Part shown: piece after piece, positions 13,825 through 28,744 of the stretch
How the letters are laid out: each line of letters starts with the position of its first letter
How positions within the stretch are numbered: position 1 is the stretch's first letter
DNA from: Octopus vulgaris
Taxonomy: Eukaryota
Reading direction: 5' to 3'
DNA length: 64,000 nucleotides
Assembly: GCA_951406725.2 (NCBI GenBank)
Contig: OX597821.1
Span: 13,330,001-13,394,000, forward strand
Notes under the pieces: model-generated
Seen by the model: only the letters and a program-made list of their open reading frames with translations
Database searches by the model: none
What the model was told of the DNA's origin: nothing
Translations under genes and position numbers: made by a program

Positions 13825-14345
13825 CAGGGGTGCTGTCGTGATATATGGAAAATCCTGGGTATTTTAAAGTTAGAGGTCTTTGCCTTCTCCAGAACCAATT
13901 TCTTTCGGAGAAGACAAAGAAGCAGAAAGGATCATAGGCAAGTTGACCTTGTGGACATTTGAACACGGAGTGCAGATAGTTGGAATGAATACAACAAATT
14001 CTTTCAGACGCTTTACCGACACAGCCAACTTGCAGCCATGTTACACAGTAGGAAACATCGGGTCTCATCAATTCTCAGCCGTTCTGAAAGAGACGATAAA
14101 AAAATGAGTGAAAAGATTTAGAGAAAACTGTTCTTACGCCAACATAGAATTCCAGGTTTGAGTTTTAAACTGGACAATTTGCTTGGAAAAAAAAATGATG
14201 GATGGATGTGGCTGAAATATCAGTGATCACGGATTTATTTAACCAGAGATGACCCCAGGCTAAACAACTGTAAAAATAACAAATGCAACAACAACAACAA
14301 GAGCAACAAGATCAACAGCATCATAATTACTATGTGAATATATAG

Positions 14346-14710
14346 ATGTTTACGTATGTATGTATGTATGTATGTATGTATGTATGTATGTATGTATGTA
14401 TGTATGTATGTGTGTATGTATGTATGTATGTATGTATGTATGTATTATGTATGTATTATGTATGTATGTATGTATTATGTGTGTATGTATGTATGTATTA
14501 TGTACGTATGTATGTATGTATGTATGTATGAATGTATGTATGTATGTATTATGTATGTATGTATGTATGTATGTATGTATGTATGTATTATGTATGTATG
14601 TATGTATTATGTATGTATGTATGTATTATGTATGTATGTATGTATGTATGTATGTATGTATGTATGTATGTATGTATGTATGTATGTATGTATGTATCTA
14701 TGTATGTATA
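14346..14710. repeat. (GTAT)n tetranucleotide array
   Basis: Direct reading; source of the MYVC ORFs. Confidence 0.95.
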
Positions 14711-15175
14711 CAGCCGTCTAATATTGTACCTGGGTCTGTGTTGTATGTATGCATGCATGTATGCGTGTATATACGTGTGCATATGTCTACGTATGTATGT
14801 ATGCTTGTATGTATGTATACAACCGTTTAATATTATACCCGTGCTTATGTTTTGTTGCATATACGCAACCTAACTAAACATACTGGATAAATGTATTTTT
14901 GTAAATATATGAGTTTGTATATATGTGTTAGAAAGGAAAAGTGTGTGTGTGTGAAAAATGTGCATACATATATACACGCACACTCATTCATAGACACATA
15001 AGCATTACCCAAACACTCACACACACGTATGCACGCGCAGATATATATGCATGTATATGTATATATATATATATGCATTCATATACGTCTACATATATAT
15101 ATGCATGTATATGTATGTATATATATATACATATATATATATATGCATATACGTATATATATGCATTCATATATA

Positions 15176-15240
<65 letters not shown>

Positions 15241-15255
15241 ACACATATACATATG

Positions 15256-15314
<59 letters not shown>

Positions 15315-15702
15315 CAATTGCAGAAAGGAATTTTTATTGATTAATCTTCAGGCTACATCGTTTATTAATTCTATACCCTACGGACACAGTTACTGCTCAC
15401 CTAATCCAATAACATAAACAACACAGGAAGACTATGCTTCTCCAATACCCACACATCCAATATCTACCCCTCCACGACTCTCTTTCTGCAAATTACCTGC
15501 GCTACAGTAAATTATACCGAATCAATAATGACACGTAGCTACGGATATGCGCCATATAACGGTAGTATTGGTGAAATGACCCTTATTAAATGAGCATAAT
15601 CGGGAATATTAGCCGCAGACCCTCATTATATCCCGTAGGGTATAGCTATATAATATGTAACCATTGGTACACATCATGCTGTAACTCATATATATATAAT
15701 AC

Positions 15703-15738
<36 letters not shown>

Positions 15739-15959
15739 CATCCGTGTGCATCGAAGTACATATAAATATATGTGTATGTATGTATGTATTTATCTACCTA
15801 GCTAGCTATGTATACATGTGTGTGAGTGAATGTTTGAGTGTGTCGTATGTGTTTGTATGTATGTGTACGTAACATATAAATATGTGTAAATGAATAATTT
15901 TATTTTGGGAAACAAGTGTATGAACTAAATATGATTAAGTGGAAATACAAATCTATGCA

Positions 15960-15993
<34 letters not shown>

Positions 15994-16163
15994 CCTGTGT
16001 GCGTGTGTGTGCCCGTGCGTGCAGATATAGATGTTCGTTGGTGTATCTGTATAAATACAGGATTATGCAATTATATATGTGTATATATGTGTGTTTGTAT
16101 ACACACACACAATCACGCACATGTATATACAATTATGTTTCTCTAATAAATATATATATATAT

Positions 16164-16204
<41 letters not shown>

Positions 16205-16779
16205 TATATATATATATATATATATTCATATAAGCATGAATATGTACATACACCAATATATATATATATATATATACATACATGTGTGTGTGTTGATGTG
16301 TGTGTGTACTTGCGTAATTACATACAAACACGCACATGCTCACACGCATACGTATACATACACAGACATGCAGCGCATACAAGAATCCATAAACACACAT
16401 AACAACGCATATACATGTATTCATAGTTACATGTATACGTGCTTTACATGTGTATATTGCTTGTACATATGTGTGTACGTTCGCATATCTCTATGCATGT
16501 AATTTAGCATGCAAGAATTCATATACATATGTATGCATGGATGCATGACAGCATGTATGTACCTATCTACTTATGCAAGTATATACACATGTTCAAAAAC
16601 ATACATTACCGCATGACGCCGGAAGGTCGTCAGATAAAACTGCGGAGTTATATAAAATCTATTGATTATTGAACTGAGTCAAGCAACAAGTTGTAAGAAG
16701 ACTGAGAAGAACACGACTGCAAGAATGGTATCAATTGACACTATGATATGATTTTAGTGTTGTTGTTCATATAGTAGGT

Positions 16780-17200
16780 GTTGTTGTTTTAGCTCTTGGA
16801 CATTCCTGATCTATTAGAACTATAGTTAAAGGCATTCAGTCGTCGCCATCCGGTCTTTTATTGATTATATAAAACATTATCAAAAATGTCATTTCCCAGT
16901 TTACGTGAGCAGTGTAAGTTTTGAGGGAGTTTGAGCTGCTACGTTTAGCTGGCCGAGTGACCACGTAGATGTGTTTTTGACCTCATTACTTTGTTGCTGT
17001 TGTTGTGTAACCCCGGTTGGTTCTGTTGGAACAGTAATATGATCGAAGATATTCCGGCCGTGACCATCTTGTTTGTATAAGAGCATGAAAGAATACACTA
17101 TGCTGTATTTTCGATGTAAGATGCTAAAGTGTGTTTCGAGGGATATTTAGTTGCTATTTCTCGCAAGGAGAACAACCATACAGAGATTCATTCTTTGACT
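16780..17200 (+). repeat. Two tandem diverged copies of an unclassified ~200-bp interspersed repeat (family G)
   Basis: Recurrent motifs (aaggcattccagccgtgaccatc...gagggagatttggctgctatttctagca) also near 14100-14270, 17290-17470, 18180-18360, 32620-33060, 35600-35810 and 47040-47240. Confidence 0.55.
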
Positions 17201-17475
17201 TGTGTTGGTCACGGTAGGACAACAAATGGATAGGAATTAGAGGTTTAAGAAGTTTAGAGATGTGAGCACAAAAATGGATCAGTGAGAAGCGTGGTTACTT
17301 GATCTACTAGAAATAACAACCAAATCTCTCTTAAATAACTACCTTCCGATTGAAAAAAAACTAATGAGATTTTATTTGTAAGTTTAGATACATTGTATCC
17401 ATATAAAAAATGTGCTAGTCTCAGTTAGAACGCTTTTGTCATCGGTCTACTGAGTGAGGGTGACTTATGACTATG

Positions 17476-17858
17476 TGGAAGCACTCCGTCGGTTACGACG
17501 ACGAGGGTTCCGGTTGATCCGAATCAACGGAACAGCCTGCTCGTGAAATTAACGTGTAAGAGGCTGAGCACTCCACAGACACGTGTACCCTTAACGTAGT
17601 TCTCGGGGATATTCAGCGTGACACAAAGAGTGACAAGGCCGGCCCATTGAAATACAGGTACAACAGAAAGAGGAAGTAAGAGTGAATGAAAGTTGTGGTG
17701 AAAGAGTACAGCAGGGATCACCACCATCCCCTGCCGGAGCCTCGTAGAGCTTTAGGTGTTTTCGCTCAATAAACACTCACAACGCCCGGTCTGGGAATCG
17801 AAACCGCGATCCTACGACCGCGAGTCCGCTGCCCTAACCACTGGACCATTGCGCCTCC
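17476..17858 (-). mobile_element. SINE family C, tail type 2
   Basis: Same head as 13516-13824; tail gtcacgctgaatatccccgagaactacgttaaggg...cctcgtcgtcgtaaccgacggagtgcttcca. Confidence 0.85.
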
Positions 17859-18799
17859 GATTGGAAACAGTAAACAATACGAGAATTGTTAGCAACAACA
17901 GCAGTGTGAAGCTATTTGACGCAGGTAATGAGAGCAGGAGAAGAATTTGGCAACAGCAGCAACTTTCGATCACGAAAAGCAAGTAATGAAAATATGAAAC
18001 GTAGTTAGCAACAATAGCAATGTAACATCAAAGCAGATGGTGAAAACACGGAAGTCATTTGCAACAACAGGAATAGGATAACTGGGAACAAAATGAGAAC
18101 ACGAGAAGTTGTTAGCAACAACAGCGACTTAAGATCAACAGAAATAGGTAATTTTTTTTTAAAAAATAGTTAGCAACAACACTAACCGAGTCAAATAATC
18201 CTTATATCTCATCTTAATGTAATTAAAACGATGAAAGATATGTTGGATAAAGCAGTTTCAGATATATACTACATCTGAAGGAGAAGACAAGATAGTTGTA
18301 ACTGTGATGTATTTGATCATCAGTCTGCTCAATCAATGCTGACCTTGGGCTAAATAACAACAGCAGCAACAACAACAACAACAACAACAAGATCGCACTG
18401 ATATTTTGTAGTCAGTGCAGCAAAATAAAAATAAAAAAAACAAGCAAGTGAACAGTAGCATTAAGTGCAAAGAAACCGATGATAGAGATAGCAGCAACTG
18501 CAACAATAATGGATGCAGCTATTTGCAACAATAGCAAGAGAAACAATCACTGTAACAGCTACTATAATACAGCAGAACACAGACTGCAATCACTCAGTGC
18601 AACTACATCAAAGAGGGACAAAGAAAGCAGTGTACATATATGTGTATGTATGCTTCAAAGTGGGCAGGTATATATACGCATGTAGATATGAATGTATATA
18701 ATATATGCTTGCCTGCAAATAAATATGGATGTGCATGTATGTCTCTCTAACTGCATGTATGTGTGCATGTTTGTTTGTGTGAGTATGTGTGTGTATAAG

Positions 18800-18864
<65 letters not shown>

Positions 18865-18923
18865 TTCCTCTATTTACATAATATTGAGGTCTCTTTCTTT
18901 CTTTTGTTATCTTACCGTTTTTA

Positions 18924-18977
<54 letters not shown>

Positions 18978-19111
18978 TATTGGGAGAGAGAGAGTGAGAG
19001 AGAGATGCGTATGTGTAAATATCAAATACTGTAATAAGTTTATATGTATCCATATGTGTGTGTGTGCGTGCGTGTGCGTATGTGTGTGTATGTACGTATG
19101 TATGAATGCGC

Positions 19112-19148
<37 letters not shown>

Positions 19149-19438
19149 TGTGTGTGTGTGCGTGTATGTATGTATGCAGCAACAACAGAAACTATAACTA
19201 GGCCATCGACAAGAACAATTTCAACATCATCACCGTCACCATTTTGCAACCGCAATGAACAACTTGAGCATCGAGTAAACACTATACACGGCCAAAACCC
19301 AACTCTGACAAAAACTATATGCTGCCAGTATATAAAATAAAGAATACGCTGAACAATGTGGAAACTGGAATAATGTGGAATCGCAGATGGAATAATGTTT
19401 GTCCATACACCAGCTCGATCAAGATTGACCCGGAATTA

Positions 19439-19530
<92 letters not shown>

Positions 19531-19532
<2 letters not shown>

Positions 19533-19933
19533 GCCCTGATGCAGTACCAGGCAGTGGCTCTCATGGCTTCTGATCTTAACTGATTGGAAGTGTTATCATG
19601 TACATTGTTTTGTCTTGGTATAAAATATGGGCTACAGCAAATATTCTGCTCAATACCACAGATTTGCTTGTCAGTTGTTTGACCTTAACCAGTTGAGCAT
19701 GTCCCTTAGTGGCTGACGATATGTGCATCTCTGATCACGAGCAGAAGTAGTAGGGGAGCATCATAGCCATGTGTTGAGAGGGATTCTTTGGGGTTTGAAT
19801 AATTCACCTCTGGTAACATGGGTGGTTCTTTCAACATCCTTAAACAACCCTTATTCAGGGACCTTATGGGTATATTGGGCTTCGTATATTTTACCCCAGT
19901 GTCACTTTGATGGCATGAACTGCTCTCTCACTC
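19531..19933. mobile_element. Family E (AAT)n-embedded element, internally deleted copy
   Basis: Same ends as 58642-59197 (atgccctgatgcagtacc...ctctctcactc) but lacking ~150 bp internally. Confidence 0.85.
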
Positions 19934-19945
19934 AATAATAATAAT

Positions 19946-20485
<540 letters not shown>

Positions 20486-20489
20486 GTAA

Positions 20490-20878
20490 TATTGGCTTTA
20501 AAGTTTGGTACAAGGATGAAATGCAAAGTGGACCTCAGAGGACTTTTAACGCAGAACGTGAAGACCGGGACGAAATGCCCCTAAGCATTTCGCTCGGCAT
20601 GCTAGCTATTGTTTCAGCACGCCGCCTTATATTAACACTAGTAATATTAAAGACTTGTAGGAGGAGGCGAGCTGACAGAGTCGTTAGCACGCCAGGCAAA
20701 AACGCTAAGCAGTATTTTTGTTTCTTCATGTTATGAGTTCAAATGCCAGCGACATCCACTTTGCCTTTCATCCTATCGAGGTCAATAAAATGATTGCCAA
20801 TTGTACACTGAGGTCAATGAAATCGACTTACCCCATTCCCAAAAAACACTGACCTTATACCAAAATTTGAAACCAATA
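20490..20878. mobile_element. Two head-to-head SINE family B copies (20490-20628 minus, 20661-20878 plus)
   Basis: Similarity to 2307-2500. Confidence 0.8.
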
Positions 20879-21014
20879 TGAAAGACTTGTAGAGTAGTAA
20901 GTCACACATTTTGAAGATGAAGGACCAATTTATAGAATCGATACCCCTACAGACTATCAGCGATCGACTGCTATTTTATTCAAATGAGTTTCATAAAGAC
21001 CATACCGTCTAAAC

Positions 21015-21600
21015 CAGTGGTTCTCAACCGGGGGTCCATGTGGTCCCTGAGGCTCCATATAAGATCTTTTAGGGTTCACACAACAAAACAGTGAACTGAG
21101 GACCCACAATAGTATTTTAAGGGTACCTGAAAAAATTTTGCTTAAGATGTATGTATTGGTATGTTTAGCAAGAAACACCTCAGTTTCCTTCTCTAGCATT
21201 TTACATAGTTCAACCTAAAGAAGTCAAGGTGTGAATAACAAAATAGGAATTTTAAAAGAAGTTTCTATAAAACTAGTTTCTAAACATTGAATGGCTATGG
21301 GGAGGGGGGTCCACCAGAATAAAATAGCAATCAATGGCGTCCATAGATTTGAAAAATGGCTGAAAACCCCTGCTTTAGATGTATGTAATTGGTATGTATA
21401 GCAAGAAACAGCCAAGTTCCTTTCCCTAACATTTTACATAGTTCAACCAATAACAAATGTTAATGTGTGAAAAAGAAGATAGGAATTTTGAAAGAAGTAT
21501 CTATAAAACTAATTTTTAAACGTCGAAGGGCTACGGGGCTCCACCAGAATAAAATAGTAATCAAAGGGGTCTTTAGATAAAAATTGGTTGAGAACCCCTG
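21015..21600 (+). mobile_element. hAT (Charlie-like) MITE with internally duplicated 3' arm
   Basis: TIRs cagtggttctcaacc / ggttgagaacccctg; 8-bp TSD gtctaaac/gtctaaat. Confidence 0.8.
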
Positions 21601-23989
21601 GTCTAAATTGATAAAAGTGGAAAATCGAGCTCAATGTGATTTGAACTCAGGAACATAAGTACATACGATGCTCTGCCGTTTCAGTTTCTTCAGAATATTG
21701 ATTTCTTCATAATGGTTTTTAATATAGAAGCAAGCCCATAAATTTGGGCCGAAACGTACGGTCGAGTAAATAGATACAGTTCCTGACTAGTACTTTATTT
21801 TATCACCTTTAAAAGGGTTGAAAGATAATTTTTCTCTGAACATAAAGATACGTAATACTTTATCTGTTATCTCTATACATATAAATGAGAGTTGTCTGTG
21901 TGTATGATCCCGCCTTGTATTCAGAAACTACTAAAACAAATTCCCAAAAAGCCATATATTTTGCTATTCGACATTTTTCTTGGAGATTTTGTGTAGCATA
22001 AATTTTGAGAAATAGCGGCGTAATTCCATTCAAACTACAGCACTCTGTACTGTTTGTCAAGAAGGATTTTATAGAAAGATAGATATTTGAATTAGAGCAG
22101 TAGTGGCAATTTTTCTTTCTCTTCTTCTGTCTTTGGAATAGCGAAATACAGAGAGGGAGAGAGAGAAGGAGGGAAGAGAGGGGGAAGAGAGAGAGGAGAG
22201 AAGAGAGAGGAGGGAAGAGAGAGGGGGGAAGAGAGAGGGGAGGGAAGAGAATAGGAGAGAAGAGAGAGGGTAAAGAGGAAAGAGTGAGAGTGAGAGAATA
22301 TGAGGCGCATGAGTAGAGAAACAGAGACGGAGAAAGAAAAGTAATGATGTCGACGATGATGATGATGATAATGAGGATGAGGTGGAGGAGGATGGCAGCG
22401 GTACGTTTCTGCGACGTCAAGCGCTTTGCTTTTTTTCTTTTTTAACATTACTATCTTTTAATTTCTTTCCCCTGTCGGCCAGTCTCTGGAAGAGTACAAT
22501 AGAGAGAATTAAAAATTGAAAGACATATGTGAATAAAGAGACACAGAAAAGAAGTGACTGGTGAGAATGGTGATGATGGTAGTCGGTTTGAAATCTGAAC
22601 AACACGCTTATTCACCTACGCCTAAATAAGTGAACCGCTTATGTAATTCACAATCGAACACATTTACGAAGGTCTAGATATCTTCTCGAAATACTTTTGT
22701 TGCTTTTGATTACTTAACAACGAGTATTTGTAGTGAATACAGAAGATTCAAATTCAAACGATATTTGAGAACCATGAGACGTATGACTATTCAGAAATGT
22801 TCATTCAGTCAATAACGTTTGGATCAAAACAAACAATGGTTATACTTTACTGCGACATTTTTTTGTATTAAGTCAACGCGTATTATCTAAATAGTACAGG
22901 TATGAGAATGTTTACATATTCACATTTGCCGCAAGATTAAATGAAATACTAATGTACGTTATTACAATATTGGCCTTTCAATTCCTACATATATGCATAG
23001 TGTTACTTTGGGACACGAGAGTTGTATTGCAGGTTTGCCAGTTTCCAAGATACTCATAAAGCCAGAATTTTGAAAAGAGTAAGATTATACTCACGACTAC
23101 GCAGGAAGTGAAAAAAAATCAATTAGTGAAAGAATGTTACCTCTTAAGCCATAGTTACTCGCCAGTGGTGCCTAGGTGTACTTTAATATTGAGAATAATT
23201 TCTTTAATATTGTCATCAAATATACAAAAAAATATTTATAAGGGTTACAAGGAGTGTCGTGAGACTGGGCAAAGCGAAGTTTTTTGAAAATTAGGTGAGG
23301 TTCAGAGACGTTACAAGTACGTAAAATAAAGAAATGAGTATCATAAAAGAACATGATAATCACTTAAGACACAACGTAAGCAGTATGAAAAACAGAGAAG
23401 GGAGACAACCCATATATGGGTGAGAATCTATCAGCTAGAGTTGGTCAGAACACTCAACGACTTGACCAGCCTTCCAGGTGTTGAAACTGGCACGCATGAA
23501 AATCCTAGTACCTTCGATGTCAGACTGGGTAAGAAATCTTTCACATCATTCATAGTACGTTCGCTGATCACAGACTAATAATGTGATTTTCGCTATCAGT
23601 CTGTCATTCAAGTCATCCACAATAATAGACCATATCTCAATCAAGACAAAATTCTTCCCTTCTCTTCCCACAGTTTGTTCAGTAACTAAGCCAGTTCTTT
23701 GTCGTTGTGCAAAACAGCTGCAAATTTCACCGACTGCCGGAGGTGGAGAGAATAGGCCTGTCTTTTCACACTTTTCGCTTCCCTACTGTTGCAAAATATT
23801 TTCACTGCTTGCAGTTCTGTTTCTTGTCTTTGTGTCTGTCTCCTGTGGTATCAGTGATTTTGCAGCATCTCTTTCTTCATTTGGGTGGCACGTTTTGCCG
23901 GAACACAAACCTAAGGCGAGGCTCTCTCTTCCAAGCGTTTTCGGAGATACAACTAGTTATGCCTTAAAAATGGCTGTCATTATAGGCTG

Positions 23990-24340
23990 CTACTACAAAT
24001 ACTGTCTTATTTTCCTTTCAGTTTCTCCAGCTCTTTGAAAGCAGAGAGCACTTAAATGACCTTTTATCACACATGTGTGACATCTAAGCTTTCTGTCCTG
24101 CTCTGGTAGTCTTGAAGCCTTTCTCTTTGCACTTGCTACGTAACACAACTGTCCAGAGATCGCCGAAGATCGCGTCAACTACGATGACCCATATTGCGCC
24201 ACAAAAGTTACGACGACTCATGGGTCAAATGACATCTCCGTTATCTATCACGATGAATCTCCTGTTTCTTCGATTCATATATTCGTTAATATATCTTGTT
24301 CCATATATTTAGTGAAGTTTTACCTAATGGCCGGCATGTG
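23990..24340 (-). mobile_element. Decayed gag-like ORF1 with CCHC zinc knuckle
   Basis: ORF 23993..24178 contains CHTCVIKGHLSALC (C-x2-C-x4-H-x4-C); surrounding frames are interrupted. Confidence 0.6.
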
Positions 24341-25249
24341 ACATATTACTTCCACTATCTCTCCTGCACTCAGTTCTAGAAAGCATACATATTGTCTCAT
24401 CCGATAATATGGGAGAACTCAATCCACAGTTATTTTGATGCACGAAAAATCCACTGTAGCTTTGGCACAGCAAGCATACACACACGCACGCACACAAACA
24501 CACACACAGACACAGACACACACACACACACATACACGCACAAACACACATGCGCACGCACGTACACAAATAGGTCGTTTATCCTCCTTTCTATAGCTTC
24601 TGTGATAACTTCTAGCAAAAAAAATTACTTCAGTTTTGGTTACATTGTGCTGACACACTATTATTCTTTCCGCCAGATGCTCCATGCTCCAGAGTTATTT
24701 TCGTTTGGCAAAATATGAATTTGTCTGTGCGTGTGTATGTGTGTTCGTGCGTGTATCTGTGTGTGTATGTGTGTTCGTATGTGTATGTATGTTTGTGTGT
24801 ATGTGGAGAGAGAGAGAGAGAGAGAGGAGAGAGGGGGAGAGAGGATGTTGTTATCGTTGTTGCTTGTCTTATCGCTGCAAATGCTGAAGCCAATATTAAT
24901 ACTGTGTTATCTATCACAAAGTCATTATTTTTTCTCCATGTGTTTCTGCTCAAAGTTGTTAACGTTATTTTCTCTGTTTTTTCCCCCACTATATTTTATG
25001 ATCTGTGCTTTTATTTATATAGTTTTCACAATTTTTCATTGCTGCAGGCGTTTCTGTTTACGTTGTTGATACTAGCGCTTCGACAGGAACTTCATCTGGC
25101 TACTCCAATACAAGAAGCCATATTGAAGTACGTGCAAGTGAAATGTTATAAAATATAAAACCGTAAAATGTTTGAACACATACCCTTTTCCCACCCAAAT
25201 ATAAAGTTGGGTTGTTGCTGAAATTGTTCAAAAGTCTTCTGTCTGTAAA

Positions 25250-25735
25250 CTTATCCAAACATTCTTTATTACATTAAATCGAGGAGTGGTGAATTTAAAA
25301 CACTTCGGATTAGTTTGAACACTCCATCAGCCCAAAACACAAATATAATAATACTTCCCCAAAGAGACTGACCATGTTATTGAAGCAAAGAGACTAGATA
25401 TTATCATAGAGGAAAACAGAAACAAACAGTGTAAAATCATACATTTATAATCCTATATGATAACAGGATAGGTACGAAAGAAATTTTTGAAATTGTGCAA
25501 TTTCAGGATCTAGCCTGTGAAAGGAAGAAATTGTGGAAGACTAAGACAATTACTTCCGTAGTGATCAGTGGTCTTGCTTCAACACTCATCCTGCCACCTA
25601 CAAAGTATTTTGAAATTGGAAACTCGCATTGTCTATCTGCAGAAAATGCAATCCTGTATTCAGTAAGGATCTTAAAAAAAAAATATTCTTGAGACTTGAG
25701 AAAACTTGTCACTAAATCTCAAGACAACATAAAAG
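25250..25735 (+). mobile_element. Decayed R4/Dong-type LINE, RLE endonuclease C-terminus
   Basis: TDHVIEAKRLDIII...QCKII...YDNRIGTKE...FQDLACERKKLWK...VVISGL...SVRILKK. Confidence 0.75.
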
Positions 25736-25739
25736 AAAA

Positions 25740-26150
25740 AAAGAAACGGAGAGCCTTATTATAGCAGCTCAAGATCAAGCGTTATGAACAAAACACTTGA
25801 GAAAATATGTGTATGGGGAGGTATGAGAAAAATGTGGAATTTGGAATGAGGCAGTGGCATACATTGTTGCAGAATGTTTCAAGTTGGCCCAGAGAGAATA
25901 TAAAAACTGTAAGAAATAGAGGCATGAACAAAGTTGTGAAAGTTTTACAGTGGAAGCCTTATCGGAAAGGAGGATTTGAAGCTGAAGGTATATGGTATGA
26001 GCATCGGGTCGAAAGAATGCTGGAGTCGGAGAAATTCAATGTTTTATGGGACTTTTCCCATTCAAACGGTTAAGAAGCTAGAAAATAATAAACCAGGTAT
26101 GACGATAATAGATGAGGAAAAGCGAAGTTGCTTTACTAACTGATCCAACT
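25740..26150 (+). mobile_element. Decayed R4/Dong-type LINE, CCHC/RLE region
   Basis: KETESLIIAAQDQAL...IVAECFKLAQREYK...WYEH...FNVLWDF..IQT. Confidence 0.8.
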
Positions 26151-26170
26151 TTTGATTCCAGGCTTAAGAT

Positions 26171-26602
26171 CAGGAGGCTCACATGCCTTCTGATCTTAAC
26201 TGATTGAAAGTATTAACATTTATACGTTTTGCCTTGGCATAAAAGATGGGTTACAGCAAATATTCTGCTCAATACCATAGATTTGCTTGTCAGTTGTTTG
26301 ACCTTAACCAGTAGTGACTGACGAGATGTGCATTGCTGATCACGAGCAGAAGTAGTTGGTGAGCATCATAGACATGTGTTGGGAAGAATTCTTTGGGATT
26401 TGAATCAATTACCTCTGGAAACATGAGTATTTCGTTCATCATCCTTAAACAATCTCATATGAAGGGACCTTTTGAACGGGATGGGCTACTCGACCTATTG
26501 AAAATTCTAACTTGCAAAGTCATGCGTTGCTTATCTTGATGTGAGTTCACCCATGTCACGCTCACGTGGTTGTGAAGCATGTGCCTGGTGTACCCTTATC
26601 AG
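26171..26602. mobile_element. Family E, diverged and truncated copy
   Basis: Colinear similarity to 58642-59197. Confidence 0.75.
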
Positions 26603-26789
26603 TCAAGTAAGATACATGGTGAATGGAAACATATTAGTTAAGTGGACACTGCTATATTTTATGTAGCACACTAAAGAATTGTTACAGATATGGTAGGCAT
26701 CTTTAATGAAGACAACAACCATTTGCTTACACGACTCGTTCTTTTAATATACGTCATGGAAGACAATTCGTACGTGTGTGAGATAAGCT

Positions 26790-27172
26790 GTTCGTATGAT
26801 TCCTCAGTAATTAATTTCATGTTTACATTCTGAATTCAAATTTCACCAAGGTTAACATTACTTTTCACCCTTTCAGAATCGATAATATAAGTACCAGTTG
26901 AGCAGTGGGATTGTTATGGTTTACCCCCCCCCCTCTAACCAAAGTCTCAGGCCTGTTGTAGAAAAGATTTCCGACAACTACAACAACTCGTTAGCGCATT
27001 GGACGAAATGCTTTGTGGAATACCTTCTGGTTCACTACGTTCTGAGTTCGAATTCCGCCGAGGTCGATTTTGCCTTTCAACCTTTCAGATTTAATAAAAT
27101 AAGTACCAGTTAAGGAAAGGGTTAAATGTAATCGACTTGCCCCTTCCTGTACCAAAAATTTGAAAACATTAT
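26790..27172 (+). mobile_element. Two tandem SINE family B copies
   Basis: B box and ataagtaccagtt motif each present twice. Confidence 0.75.
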
Positions 27173-27754
27173 TGGCAACACCAACCACAGCAGCAGCAGT
27201 TACAACTACAGCTGCATCTACTATCACCATCACCGGTACTACAACGTCTACAACCACTTCTACCACTGGCGCCACCTATACTGAAAATACTTATGCTTCT
27301 ACCAAAAACAGCAACTACAACAACAACAACAACCACTACTACTACTACTATCAGTACTACTACTATATACTACTACTACTACTACTACAACTACTACTAC
27401 TATATGAAAGCCAGAGGGAGTCACATCAATATGAACAGCTATTGTAATGAGTACAGAACTTTAGTAACAACAGCAGCAGGAGCAGTAGCAACATTGTGAC
27501 TGTAATGGACAGTCACTGAGCTAGTGATACGACAACACATTACTGCTGTGTAAGTTACCTACATTTTGATGACTGTATAATCTCTACGGTCTGTCTACAG
27601 AGGAATTTGAAGATGCGAGAATGCTATCTCTATGATAATGAAACTAAACGGAAGAATCTTTCTTACTCGCCCTCGGTCTATTTTTCTCTCTAACGAACAC
27701 ACATACACACACACACATATACATATACTTACACAACCAATCATGCTCATATAG

Positions 27755-27858
<104 letters not shown>

Positions 27859-27963
27859 ACACATATATATATATATACATATATATATATACATTCATAT
27901 ATACACATGCATATATATACATATACATACATACATACATACATACATACATACATACATACA

Positions 27964-27999
<36 letters not shown>

Positions 28000-28019
28000 T
28001 ACGTGTGTGTGTGTATGTG

Positions 28020-28330
28020 TGTGCAATGGTTTGTGTTTTTGTGAATTTGTTACTTTAACTCCTCTGAGACTATCCAACGGACCTTGATGAAACTTGACAT
28101 GTGTGTGGCGCTTATACCCATGCGTTCGCTTACACTTAAAATCGATTTTTAATCAGCATTGATTTTTCAAAATTCGTAAAATTTCGGCATTTTTCGCACT
28201 AGCCGTCGTAACATCAATTTGACGAAAAATGCCGAAATTTGACGAAAACTGTTTCACGAGTAGAAAAAGACAGCCTATTAACGGAAATCTATTCAGCATT
28301 TGCTAATTCTTCATTTCAATGCGAATTGTT
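28020..28330 (+). mobile_element. Possible Helentron/HINE-like non-autonomous element with internal hairpin
   Basis: Microsatellite followed by cggaccttgatgaaacttgacatgtgtgt; 24-bp inverted repeat at 28173-28196 / 28223-28246. Confidence 0.35.
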
Positions 28331-28335
28331 TTGAT

Positions 28336-28744
28336 TTACTCTTTTACTCTTTTACTTGTTTCAGTCATTTGACTGCGGCCATGCTGGAGCACCGCCTTTA
28401 GTCGAGCAAATCGACCCCAGGACTTATTCTTTGTAAAGCCCAGTACTTATTCTATCGGTCTCTTTTGCCGAACCGCTAAGTGACGGGGACGTAAACACAC
28501 CAGCATCGGTTGTCAAACAATGCTAGGTGGACAAACACAGACATACAAACATATATATACAAACATATATATACAAACTATATACGACGGGCTTCTTTCA
28601 GTTTCCGTCTACCAAATCCACTCACAAGGCTTTGGTTGGCCCGAGGCTATAGTTGAAGACACTTGCCCAAGATTCCACGCAGCGGGACTGAACCCGGAAC
28701 CATGTGGTTGGTAAGCAAGCTACTTGCCACACAGCCACTCCTGC
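28336..28744 (-). mobile_element. SINE family A
   Basis: Near full-length reverse copy. Confidence 0.9.
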
